Positions 38,297-51,310 of a stretch of DNA of 64,000 nucleotides are shown here, in pieces. The stretch covers positions 13,764,001 to 13,828,000 of the forward strand of contig OZ024753.1 in the NCBI GenBank assembly GCA_964016885.1, read 5' to 3'. The stretch is from Eledone cirrhosa. Its lineage: Eukaryota. Below the pieces are notes generated by a model. The model was not told the origin of the DNA. It was given only the letters and a program-made list of their open reading frames with translations, and ran no database searches. The stretch's first letter is position 1, and each line of letters starts with the position of its first letter. Made by a program: the position numbers and the translations under genes.

Positions 38297-40969
38297 TTAA
38301 CATGTCTGCTTTCCTTGCTTAGAAAGAGTTGGAAAGACCCCATCACAGACAGCGTCAGTACTTCAACAGAGTTACTGACATCTAAGTTAGGTTGATAACC
38401 ACTCTCCACGGACCCCCACCCCATCTTGCTTACCCACATTTCCACATTTTACAGAGTGTACTGGGTGCATTGTAATCATGGTAGCAATTTCCAGAGGTTG
38501 TCATGTAAAGCATGGAAAAATGGATGTAAAAAAAACAACAATGATGATGATGATGATGATGATGATGTAGTTTTCGATAGTCGATCGATCGACTTTCGTC
38601 AAATCGGACCGAGGAAACAATGTTTCCATTGGTCTTTCCAATTGCTAATACTATCTATTGGTTGCATCTCCAGGTAGGAGCAATGTGAAATAAAGTGTCT
38701 TGCTCAAGGACATAACGCATCTCCTGGTAGTTTTATATCATAGTAATAGGGATGATTTTTGGCAGTTTGGTATTGAAAGGATTAACCCTTTATTCTATAT
38801 TTATTATTGCATTTTCACAGTAAAGGCTTTATCTTACATAATTATCTCAAATAATTGTTTCTACTTTTGGCACAAGGCCAGCAATTGCCCAGTGTATTAC
38901 TGGTACTTTATTTTATCAACCCCGTAAGAATGAAAGGCAAAGTTAACCTCGGCGGGATTTGAACTCAGAATGGCAAGGGCCGTAACTCTATGCGTCAAAG
39001 AATGGCGTCCGACCCTCAAATAATGATTTCTAGTATAGGCACAAGGCCAGTAATTTTGGGGGAGGGGAAAGCCGATTAAATCGACCCCAGTACGCTACTG
39101 GTGCTTTTTTTTATTGACCCCGTAAGGATGAAAGCAAAGTCAACCTCGGCAGGATTTGAACTCAGACCATAAAGGACCGTAACTCTATGCTGCAAAGCAT
39201 GGTGCCCGACTCTCCACCAATACTGCCAATTCACTGCCCTACAATCAGGAAACTACATGTTAACCCTTTAGCATTTAAACTGGTCATATCCGGCCAGAAC
39301 TCTCACCTATTTCTGTTCAAGCCGGCTGTAACCGGTGGCTCATTAAGGTATTATTCTCAAAATAAATAACATCAAAATCTTGTAGATTTGATATTATCTC
39401 ATATAATTGTTTCTACTTTAGGCACAAGGCCAGCAATTACCCAGTGCATTACTGGTACTTTATTTTATTGACCCCCGTAAGGATGAAAGGCAAAGTCAAC
39501 CTCGGCGGGATTTGAACACAGATCTCATATAATAATATCAAATCTACAAGATTTTGATGTTATTTATTTTGAGAATAATACCTTAATGTAGGTATGAGCC
39601 ACCGGTTACAGCCGGCTTGAACAGAAATAGGTGAGAGTCCTGGCCGGATATGACCAGTTTAAATGCTAAAGAGTTAACATGTAGTTTCTGATTGTAGAAA
39701 GTTTCTAGATGGATAATTGGGTGCTGTTTGTAGTTGAATTGGGACACAAGTAGAGGCATAACTTTGTCACCTTATATACAAAGTGGGCTTGGAAGGATTT
39801 TAACGACCTGTCATATCTAACATTTCTCTATTTCATTCTCACTTGAATTATTATTGATGTACTGTAGAGGGTCGGACGCCATGCTTTCTAGCATAGTTAC
39901 GTCCCTTTATGGTCAGAGTTCAAATCCCATCGAGGTTAACTTTGCCTTTCATCCTTACGGGGTCGATAAAATAAAGTACCAGTAATGCACTGGGGAATTG
40001 CTGGCCTTGTGCCAAAAGTAGAAACAATTATTATTGATGTACTGTATTGCTTCAAATATAATACAACCCCTCTTTCTGAAGCTAAAAAAACAACAGAAGA
40101 ACAGGAATAAATTGCATCCTTGTGTATAATATAACCCCAGAGTAAGTCATGTGTATAAATTAAATCCTTGTGTATAACTCCAGAGTACAGCCATGTCCAT
40201 TTATTACATCCTTGTGTATAATATAACACCAGAGTACAGCCATGTGTATAAATTACATCCTTGTGTATAACTCCAGAGTAGGTCATGTCGATAAATTACA
40301 TCCTTGTATATAAGTCCAGATTGCGGTCGGTCTTGTCTGTCAATTTTTTTTTTGTACAAACCTGTACCATGCTATCCATTAAAATCTTGATCTCACACAT
40401 ATTTCAATATAATATTAAATTCCTTATGGCGTTTTCTTGACTGGGGGGTGGGGGGTGTAAAGTCTGCCAGCCCCTCACCTTCTCCTTTTCTTTCGTTGCT
40501 TAATTCATTTCTCATTTGTTTTCCTTTCTTTCCTCTTTTGTTTTGTTAAAGAAGGTAAAACAACTAGAGGTATAGCATTCTGTAAACAAATGTTGTCAAC
40601 AGATATTTGCAATCTTGCTATTTGAAAATGAACATTTTAAAGCCCTATATGTACAGAGCCCATCACTCTCTCCCCTTCCCTTTTCTTCTGTGGCCCAAGA
40701 GTCTTTGCTTTTCCCTTCCCTTTCCTCTCATTTAAGACATATATAGTCCTTTCTTCTACTTTCCCTTACAGCCAGATCCGCCCTTCTTTACCCCTCCTTT
40801 TTTTCTCATTACTTAATTTTGTATTGTTCACCTAATTTTTGTTCCAAATTTCCCGCATTATACATTAGAAAATACGGTAGACAGGTCATGCGGCTGTGTA
40901 ATGTAGAACTAGTAAAAAAACACACACACATATATATATATAGTAATAAACACAGTAAATTGTGTGTTT

Positions 40970-41001
<32 letters not shown>

Positions 41002-41006
<5 letters not shown>

Positions 41007-41205
41007 AGTAAGTAAGACCCCGACGGCTGAGCTCAAGCCGTTTCGACGGCTAATTCTGTACCGAATTGAGTACAGAATTAGCCGTCGAAACGGCTTGAGC
41101 TCAGCCGTCGGGGTCTTACTTACTCCTATTACCCACTCTACTACCCTAAGTATTGAGTACTTTGGTGCGTTATGGTCCACCTGGTTCCTTACCACTTTTC
41201 CCTCG

Positions 41206-41207
<2 letters not shown>
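41002..41207. mobile_element. TA-embedded GC-rich repeat with a 60-bp perfect fold-back
   Basis: Arms 41002-41061 and 41070-41129. Family copies at ~44912-45037, 45940-45997 and 46021-46160. Confidence 0.8.
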
Positions 41208-41246
<39 letters not shown>

Positions 41247-41793
41247 CACAACTACATGTAAATGTATATATACATACACAACCACATGTATATGTATATA
41301 TACATACACATATGTACACATATACACAGCCACACACACACATATACACAGCCACACACACACACATATATACACACACATACACATACTATGGATCGTT
41401 TTCAAATAGCCACAAGCACTCCTCAAATAAAACGATTCGTTGCGGACACAATCAGGCGAGGTGTGGTTTTTTAATGACATATTTTATTGAAATCTATATT
41501 CAATACAGGCTTGTCACTTTTCATGTGTAAACGAAGCACTTTTGTTTTTTAGGGAAAGTCATGTGTGTGTGTGTGTGTGTGTGTGTGAGGGGGGGGGGAT
41601 GAATTGTACCCGAGATTAAGCTCTCTTGGCCGTAGAAATATAGAAATCTACTTGCCATCCACCCACATATGTTATTATGCTAGGAATTTGTAAGGGTAGT
41701 TATTTATTTTTGTTTGTCTGTTGAACGTCGTAAACTAACGGCATTCATAAAACCCCGATTCTACAGCTCACTCTTCCTTCTCCTTCTTCTGTA

Positions 41794-42110
41794 ACAGGGT
41801 TGGATTTAGACCTTGGGGTGCCCAGGGAAGTTCAGCTTTGAGGACCCCCTCATACATAAACAATTATAATTCACAGCCCCCCCCCCCCCCACACACACAC
41901 ATTTTATATATCAAAGTTAGCTTGGCACAAGTAATTGAATTGAATTGAAATCTTATACATACAGGTATTACATTGAAAAATTCTAACCATTCTAAAACTA
42001 AAAGACCTAGCTGAGGGCCCAAATAAATTGCTACGGCCGTCGCTGGCGGGGTCCCACTGCAAGGGGCCCGAGGAAATTTCCCCCTTTCCTCCCCATTAAA
42101 CCCGGCTTTG
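41794..42110. mobile_element. MITE with CAGGGYYGGATTTA-type ends (Harbinger-like)
   Basis: CAGGGTTGGATTTA ... TAAACCCGGCTTTG; a related inverted copy lies at ~46943-47140. Confidence 0.5.
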
Positions 42111-42794
42111 CCCCCTAGGACAAAACGCCATATCCTACTGGATAACCCTTCATAGTTAAAAATAAAATATACATTGAAATGTTGATGTTTATATAGTTTT
42201 AGTTTATTCTTTATCAGTTTCATAAAACCTATAAATAAATTGTTTTACCTATTACCGTTTTATTTTTCACTATGTGGGGTTCGTGTTCGGTAAGAGTGCA
42301 GAATTTTGGACAATTTGAAGCATGTTGCTTTTGATAGTCCTCAGACGCTCCTTCTAAAGGGTCCTGTCTCTTCGACATCTCTCAGGAATAAGAGGGCAAA
42401 GAAGAATGTTTTATTTTTTACTTTGTAAGGTTTTTTGTCCCTAATAGGGACATTGGTTGATTAAAGTGATGAGATTACTAATGGGAATCTAAACTGCTTC
42501 CCTCATTCCTTATAACTTTCTTAATAATTGTTTCTACTTTTGGCACAAGGCCAGCAATTACACAGTGCCCAGCAATTACACAGTGCATTACTGGTACTTT
42601 ATTTTATCGATCCCGTAAGGATGAAAGACAAAGTTAACCTCGCCGGGATTTGAACTCAGATCATAAAGGGCCGTAACCCTATGCGGCAAAGCATGGCGTC
42701 CGACCCTCTACTGATACTGCCAATCCACCGCCCTTTCTTTTTGCAGAAAAAACATTTTTCAAAGTGTTGATTAAATTTAAATGTTGTCAGTTTT

Positions 42795-42923
42795 CACTCA
42801 CGGAAATTTCCGGAGGTTGTTTGTGATCTTAAAACGTCGGATTGCACCTAAAAACCTTTAGCTATTGATAAAAATCAATTTACATTTCGCTATAGATAAT
42901 ATAGGTTATCACGTGACCAAATG

Positions 42924-42954
<31 letters not shown>

Positions 42955-43196
42955 ATTACTACTACTACTACTACTACTACTATTACTATTACTAAAATAT
43001 TTTTAAAATCTAATACCCATCCTCAAAATATACATGGAAAGAAAGAGAGGCAGAAATATACATAAAGAAAGAGAGAGATAGAGAGAGAGAGATTCAATAA
43101 CAACAACACCCACGTCATGATTCAATGTAGTAAGCACGTTGCTTTCATATTCAACAACTACTTGTTGGTTCATTCATGAAACAGCTATGGGCCGTG
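42795..43196 (+). promoter_or_regulatory. Candidate promoter or non-coding first exon
   Basis: Mostly unique sequence with retained CpGs. It contains ETS-like CGGAAAT/TTCCGG, E-box CACGTGAC and CRE-like CACGTCA, followed by a possible donor G|GTAAAT at ~43197 and a polypyrimidine tract ending TTTCAG at 43315. Confidence 0.35.
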
Positions 43197-43317
43197 GTAA
43201 ATAGTTCAGTGCTCCTTGTGGCACTTTAAATTATGATATTTCAAACCTTATTTAAGTGAACTTCATTATTTTTTTTTGTTTTCTCTTCTTTTCTCAAGTT
43301 AATTTAATTTTTCAGTT

Positions 43318-43350
43318 ATGGCTTCAAAATTACTTCGACTTTTTAAACAA
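43318..43350 (+). CDS. Candidate first coding exon of an unidentified gene (MASKLLRLFKQ, phase 0 donor)
   Basis: Long pyrimidine tract and TTTTCAG acceptor, then ATGG two bases in, 11 open codons and donor CAA|GTGAGT. No downstream exon could be linked with confidence. Confidence 0.4.
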
Positions 43351-43814
43351 GTGAGTTAACTATTAGTAACTTTAAATTCCTTTCAATTTCCTCAAAACTT
43401 TCGTCTTTAATTTTCTTTCTTCACAATATCCAGTGTTTATTACCTTTTAAACGAGTTAACTAACTCTTAGTAACATTATTAGTAACAATTATTAGTAACG
43501 CTTGTTTTCTCCAACCCTATCACTTTTTTTCACATAAATTCTGATTATTTCTATGTATAATTATGTGAAATCTATATACTACTTAAAAAAAGAAACCCTC
43601 AAATCTTTCAATTTTATAAGGGAGTCGACCATTCGTAATTTTAAACTCAATTTCCATCAAAACCCTTTGTCTTACCTTTTCCTTCATTCACAATATACTC
43701 GGAGTTTCAACTTCATAAACTAAACGATTTAAGAACCGTTCTTAAGATTTAAATTCCTCTCAAGCGTTACGGTTTCTTCCTTAATTAGTTTCACTATCGA
43801 ATCTTTCTTTTTCA

Positions 43815-44510
43815 TGTCTTCCATTTTTATTTGAATCGTTTATTTTTCGATTTTGGGGATAAAATGTTCAGAAAAGAGCCAAAATGTCTATGTTGTATAT
43901 TTTGGGGGATCAGTGGGTATAGATGTGGTCAGTGGCGAATTAAGGAACCAGCTGACAGGGCAGCAAGTAATCAGGGGACCCGGCAATATTTAAAGGACTT
44001 CAAATTAATTAATTAATTTATTGGCAGTATCGGTAGAGAGTCGGACGCCATGCTTTCCAGCATATAGTTACGTCCCTTTATGGTCTGAGTTCTAATCCTG
44101 CCGAGGTTAACTTTGCCTTTCATCCTTACGGGGGTCGATAAAATAAAGTACCAGTAATGTACTGTCTTCCATTTTTATTTGAATCGTTTATTTTTCGATT
44201 TTGGGGATAAAATGTTCAGAAAAGAGCCAAAATGTCTATGTTGTATATTTTGGGGGATCAGTGGGTATAGATGTGGTCAGTGGCGAATTAAGGAACCAGC
44301 TGACAGGGCAGCAAGTAATCAGGGGACCCGGCAATATTTAAAGGACTTCAAATTAATTAATTAATTTATTGGCAGTATCGGTAGAGAGTCGGACGCCATG
44401 CTTTCCAGCATATAGTTACGTCCCTTTATGGTCTGAGTTCTAATCCTGCCGAGGTTAACTTTGCCTTTCATCCTTACGGGGGTCGATAAAATAAAGTACC
44501 AGTAATGTAC
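43815..44510. repeat. Recent 348-bp tandem duplication including most of a SINE A
   Basis: Identical ORFs at 43831 and 44179 (offset 348). Confidence 0.95.
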
Positions 44511-44875
44511 TGAGTAATTGCTGGCCTTGTGCCAAAAGTAGAAACAATTATTATTATTATTATTTTTACTTTTTTTTTTTTTTTTTTTTTGCTACCATAA
44601 ATAAGACGAGGGTTTTGATGAAATTTTCAGCCGGGTTCTTTCCTTGCACACTTAATCCTGGATGTGAAGTCGTTCATGTTTTCCCAATTTTCCAAGAGAC
44701 AAAGATTCAGTTTTTACTTGAGTCAGTACACATTGTTTTTCTTTCTTACATTTCTTCTTCTTCTTCTTTTTTTGTTTTTTTTTTGTTTTTTTTTTTTGTA
44801 AAACTAGAAAAAAACAACAATAACAACGGGCTCTTCTACCGAGTTGGAAAGAAACCATTGATATATTTACGTTAG

Positions 44876-44909
<34 letters not shown>

Positions 44910-45794
44910 CAGTCCAGAATTAGCCGTCGAAACGGCTTGAGCTCAGCCGTCGGGGTCCTACTCGTTCCTATTACCCACTCTACTACCCTAAGTATTGAGT
45001 GCTTGGTCCATCTGGTTCCTTACCACATTTCCTTCGTTATATATATATATAAATGAAAGGTATAGAAATTATTATGAGCAAGAAGCACACAGTATTTCAT
45101 AATATATAAGTGACTATAGCGTCAAAATGGGAAAATAGTTAACGTAAGATGTATATATATATATATATATGTGTGTGTTAGAGCAGTAGGCTTGCAATCG
45201 AAAGGTTGTGAGTTCAATTCTCGAACCGGGTGATGTGTTGGTTCCTTGAGCAAGACACTTTATTTCACGTTGCTCCAGTTTACTCAGCTGAAAATGAATA
45301 CCAGCAATAGCTGGAGGTTTAACCCTGCGATGGACTGGCGTCCTCTCCAGGGGGGAGTCTTGTACTCTCAGTCGCTTCACGCTATGAAACCGGGATAAGC
45401 ACCGGCCAAATGAGCCTTCTGGCTTAAGACAGACTTTAGACTTACGGCCTGCCCGCCCAGGGGCCCGACAGACTGGTCGGTCAAGGTGTATATATATATA
45501 TATTATGTTGCCCACTTTCTAATTATATATTTATATATATATATATATATATAGATATATATATAATTAGAAAGTGGACAATATAATATATTACTCATGA
45601 AACCTTTGATAACGGAGTTTGGTAATATATTGTTCACTTTCTAATTAAATAGCTCTGTTTTATACATAGAGCACTCATTTTTCCTTTGTTTTTTCTTCGG
45701 AAATACTTAACACACGCACACGCACATGCACGTGTGTGTATCCTGGGTTCAATCGGGGATAACCACAGTAAGTGAAGTACTCAATACATAGAGC

Positions 45795-45922
45795 ATAAAT
45801 ATTTAATATAGAAATGGCTTCTACAGGACTAGGACTGTTTCATTGGAAGAGCTTTCCTGATGATTTCCTTCGAATGAAACAGTTCTAGTCCAGTAGAAGC
45901 CATTTCTATATTAAATATTTAT
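45795..45922. repeat. Fold-back inverted repeat (~55-bp arms) overlapping a partial hammerhead-like core
   Basis: Arms 45795-45849 and 45868-45922 with three mismatches or wobbles; CTGATGA at 45857 and GAAA at 45876. Confidence 0.8.
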
Positions 45923-46160
45923 ATATATATATATTCTGCGTCCAGAAATAGCCGTTGAAACGGCTTGAGCTCTGCCGTCGGGGTCATACATTTTCCTATA
46001 TATATATATATATATATAAGAAGAATGGAGGTGGTAAAAACCAGTTAGACCATTACACACCAGAGTACTCGAAACTTTGGGTAGTAGAGTGGCTAATATG
46101 AAAAATTCATGACCCCGACGGCTGAGCTCCGGCCCGTTTCAAAAGCTAAATTCGGGTCCG

Positions 46161-46246
<86 letters not shown>

Positions 46247-46502
46247 GCGTGTATTATAATAATAGTTTGTGATTTAGATACAAGGCTAGCACTTTAATAT
46301 CCTGTATTGATTTCCCAGAAAATACCCGAAAAATGATTATAGTGAATTACAACTGCGGGTATAGTGCTTTGTGGAATTAGTTCCGAATCTGTATTCTGAG
46401 TTGATATTCAGCCAAGGTGAGATTTACCTTTCATCCTATCGATTTTGATTTAAAATAAAAAAAGTACCAGTCTAATACTAAGGTTGATTCTTTCTCTATA
46501 TA

Positions 46503-46838
46503 TGGAGGCACATCGTTTAGTGGTTAGAGCATTGGCCTTGCAATCGAAAGGTTGTGAGTTCAATTCTCAGACCGGGTGATGTGTTGTTTCCTTGAGCAAG
46601 ACACTTTATTTCACATTGCTCCAGTTTACTCAGCTGTAGAAATGAGATGATAGGGACTGGGGTCCCTATCATTCCACTGCAAAGTGGTCGTGGAGGTGCC
46701 TCGGCAAAAAAGCACCCAACACTCGCTGTAAATGAGGTTGGTGTTAGGAAGGGCATCCAGCTGTAGAAATCAAGCCAGAATCAGTTCCCGTCCCACCCTT
46801 GCAAGCAGGGAAAAGCGGACGTAAAATGATGATGATGA
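46503..46838 (+). mobile_element. SINE family B
   Basis: Full-length copy ending in (TGA)n. Confidence 0.85.
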
Positions 46839-47147
46839 TATCTATTTCTCACTCTTTTTCCTTCTCTGGAAGAGCTCGATAGTGATCTGACCTGAAGAGA
46901 TGGGCTCTATCAGGTTTAAAATGCTCAAGAAATGTTGTGTCACCAGGGCCGGATTTAATGGGTGTGGGGCACGAAGGAGGACTAGTGATTTATTTGTGCC
47001 CTCAGTTTTAGGATGGTTAAAATTTTTGAATTTAATACCTGTATGTATAAGTTTTCAATTCCAATTGCACCAAACTAACTTTGATATGTAAAATTGGGGC
47101 GGTTTGCTGTATATTCTAATTTTTTTTATGTATGAGGGATGTTAGAC

Positions 47148-47343
47148 CAGGCTTGTTAAACTGAGGCTCCCCCGAGGACTATATGGGTCGCATGTATTGT
47201 CTGGCGCCACACGACAACTAAATGTGCACATTACAACTAATATTTTTTATTTTATATTACGAAGATAAAACATACTCACGCTGTAAAAACCTTTGTGAGG
47301 GCCGCAGATGTACTTGTAAAGGGCCGTATGTTTGATATGCCTG
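47148..47343. mobile_element. hAT-type MITE
   Basis: CAGGCTTGTTAAAC ... GTTTGATATGCCTG; flanks TGTTAGAC / AGTTAGAC (7/8 TSD). Confidence 0.7.
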
Positions 47344-50227
47344 AGTTAGACGATTTGTCTCGCCGTTGTAAGACAAGCCAGATCAGATCACCGTGCCTTT
47401 CTCGTACAGAACTGTTTCTGGCTTGGTTTCTACGACAGAATATTCTTCCAAACCAATCACATTTACAGTGAGACTATCTATACCCATTAAGCTGATATGT
47501 AAATGGTGATGTTGAAAACACTTATACTATTAAAATATACCTCTGAGAATCTGAGACATTACTTCTCAAGATAATTTTCTTTAGCATCGACCGTAAATTT
47601 TTTTTAGATTTTAAAGAGAGACAGGAGGGAGGAAATTAGAGAGAAATGAAACCTAAGCATGAAATATCAGAAAAAGGTATTTTCTCCAGCTGTTTGTAAG
47701 TTTCTTTGAAAACTTTCAATTTGACATTTTGATTTAAAAGTTTTCTTCGTGGTGGTGCTATCCATTTCCATCATCCTAATTTAAAATTCAGAACTCCCAC
47801 CACCATAACCACCACCACCACCACCACTAACTCTCTAGTATATATTTGTTTTAGTCTCTCCGTTTCAAAAGGTTTTATAGTATTTCGTTAACCATCTAGT
47901 ATTTAATCCGGTCAGAATTCTCTAGCTTCTTTTTGTTCAAACCGACTATAACTGGCTGCTCATACTTATGTTAAGGCATTTTCCTCAAAATAAATATCAA
48001 AATCTCATAGATTCAATATTATGTGAGGTAAAGTATTTACCGTGAAAATACAATAGTATATATAGAATCATCATCATTATCCTCATCGATTAACGTCCAT
48101 CTTCCACGCTAGCATGGGTTAGACGGGTCCTATTTTGAGACAAGTTGTCAGGTGACCGTGTCTTGCTCAAATGGGTGTTCCCAGCTGGTTTTCTACGGCT
48201 GGATATCCTTCCTAATGCCAACCACATTTACAGTCTGGGCTGGGTGCTTTTTGCCGTGTCTTTTACACGTCCACTTTACAGTATGGGCTGGGTGCTTTTT
48301 GCCGTGTATATAAGTAGTGTAAATGCTAAAGGGTTAAAGTGGAATTTTGAAATAAATTTCTATTTTGTATTTTAGTTTGTTTTACTTTCATCATAACTAA
48401 GTTCCTCGTTATTAAGTTGGTGTTTGGAAAATAACTTAACAAGGGTTCTTGCATAAAATTATGTTGGAAGGTTTTTAACAAATAAAAAACAGTTTAACCC
48501 TTTAGCATTTGCATTACTCTACATAAACTATTATATTTTCATGGTAAAGGCTTTACATTCCATTATTATCTAACCCATGCTAGCGTGGAAGAACGGACGT
48601 AAAACGGTGATGATGATATTATGTCACATAATATCAAATCTAAGAGATACTGATATTTATTTTGAGAACAATACCTTAACATCAGTATGAGTGGTGGCCA
48701 GTTTAAACAGTAAGAGGTGAGAGGATTCTCGCCAGATAAAACCGGTTTAAATGCTAAAGGGTTAATATACGCAGCTTTGTATCATTGAACCAGTGGTGGT
48801 TGCTAGGCAGTTTAGTATGAAAGGGTTACATTCGAAGTCTGAATAAAGATAAGTCTAAAGTGGTTATATTCTCACATCAGAAATAAAAGTCTATGCTTTG
48901 ATTAAACAGTTGAGTGGAAAAACAGTAGGAAAGGATATCCAGCTGTAAAAATATCAACTCCAACAATATAAAATATGTTTCATGTTTTAAAAGGTTTGTT
49001 TCATATTTTAAAGGGTAAGACAAGTAGAATGCCAAGGCAACTCTGTTTTACATCACTATTGACAGTAATCTGTAGAATGTAGGACAACATGCTTTGCAGC
49101 ATATAGTTATGGCCCTTTACATTCTGAGTTCAAATCCTGCTGATGTTAGCTTTGACTTTCACCATATGGGTTCAATAAAATAAAGTACCAGCAACACATT
49201 GGGGTTGATTTAATCAACTTTCCCCTTCCCCCAAATTGTTGGCTTTGTGCCTAAATGAGGAACCATTATTTAATGTCCAATCTTTCTTGCTGGCATGGGT
49301 TGGATGGGTTGTTACTGACCAAGTTTCCTCTCAACCCTATATTTGACAAGTTTACAGCTGGATGCCCTTCTTAACACCAAACTCTTTACACAATGTACTA
49401 GGTGCATGTTATTATGGCTCCAGCTTTAGGAAGCTAGTCATGCCCTTCACACAGGTGAAGAGTCCTCTTGACCCTATGTTTGGCAGGTTTTCTACAGCTG
49501 GATGCCCTTTGTTCTTCTACAGAAGCCATATATCCACTAATTGTTTCTACTATTGGCACATGGCCAGCAATATTCCAGTGCATTACTGGTACTTTATTTG
49601 CACTGGGATAATTGCAGGCCTTGTGCCAATTGTAGAAACAATAGCTAAATAATATTGTATTATCTCACCTCTTTCTGTTCAAACCGGCTGTAATTGACCG
49701 CTCATACTTATGTTAAGGTATTGTTCTCAAAATGAATAATTTCAAAATCTCGTAGTCTCCATATGTTAGATAAAGCATTTACCATGAAAATGCAATAGTA
49801 AATATAGAGTAATGTGATTGCTAAAGGGTTAAAGACTAATCTTTTTGTTACAAATATTTCTAATGAAAATCACTGCCTATAGTTTTCAGACAATTTAAAA
49901 AATAATCCGAAATAACTAACTTTCTCGTTATTAAGCTTGTGTTTAGAACATAACTTAAACGTTTTTATGTAAACTTATGATGGAAGGATTTTAGTTAAAT
50001 AAAAACACTTTCAAACAAACAGCTGTACATCATAGAACTATGGTTTGGTGTGAAAAGGGTTAATAATTGTTTCTACTTTTGGCACAAGGCCAGTAATTTG
50101 AAGGGGGAACCAATTAAATTGTCCCCAGTGTGCTTCTGGTACTTTATCAATCCTGTAAGGATGAAAAGCAAAGTTCACTAATTATTCTTGATTATTTTCA
50201 AAATTGATTAAAATTCCTAGGCAGCAT

Positions 50228-51310
50228 CTTTCATTAGAAATATAGTAATGAAAGGGTTAATGACATAGACAGTGTCTTTCATTAGAAATATAGTAATGAA
50301 AGGGTTAATGACATAGACTGTCTTTCATTAGAAATATAGTAATGAAAGGGTTAATGACATAGACTGTCTTTCATTAGAAATATGGTAATGAAAGGATTAA
50401 TGACATAGACAGTGTCTTTCATTAGAAATATGGTAATGAAAGGGTTAATGACATAGACAGTGTCTTTCATTAGAAATATAGTAATGAAAGGGTTAATGAC
50501 ATAGACAGTGTCTTTCATTAAAAATATGGTAATGAAAGGGTTAATGACATAGACAGTGTCTTTCATTAGAAATATAGTAATGAAAGGGTTAATGACATAG
50601 ACAGTGTCTTTCATTAGAAATATGTTAATGAAAGGGTTAATGACATAGACTGTCTTTCATTAGAAATATAGTAATGAAAGGGTTAATGACATAGACAGTG
50701 TCTTTCATTAGAAATATAGTAATGAAAGGGTTAATGACATAGACAGTGTCTTTCATTAAAAATATGGTAATGAAAGGGTTAATGGCATAGACAGTGTCTT
50801 TCATTAGAAATATGGCAATGGAAGGGTTAATGACAGACAGTGTCTTTCATTAAAAATATGGTAATGAAAGGGTTAATGACATAGACAGTGTCTTTCATTA
50901 GAAATATGGCAATGGAAGGGTTAATGACATAGACAGTGTCTTTCATTAGAAATATGGTAATGAAAGGGTTAATGACATAGACAGTGTCTTTCATTAGAAA
51001 TATGATAATGAAGGGGTTAAAGACATAGACAGTGTCTTTCATTAGAAATATAATAATGAAAGGGTTAATGACATAGACAGTGTCTTTCATTAGAAATATG
51101 GTAATGGAAGGGTTAAAGACATAGACAGTGTCTTTCATTAGAAATATGGTAATGAAAGGGTTAAAGACATAGACAGTGTCTTTCATTAGAAATATGGTAA
51201 TGAAAGGGTTAATGACATAGACAGTGTCTTTCATTAGAAATATGGTAATGGAAGGGTTAAAGACATAGACAGTGCGTTTCATTAGAAATATGGTAATGGA
51301 AAGGTTAATC
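50228..51310 (+). repeat. 48-bp minisatellite, about 22 units
   Basis: Same unit as 13060-13772. Confidence 0.95.
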
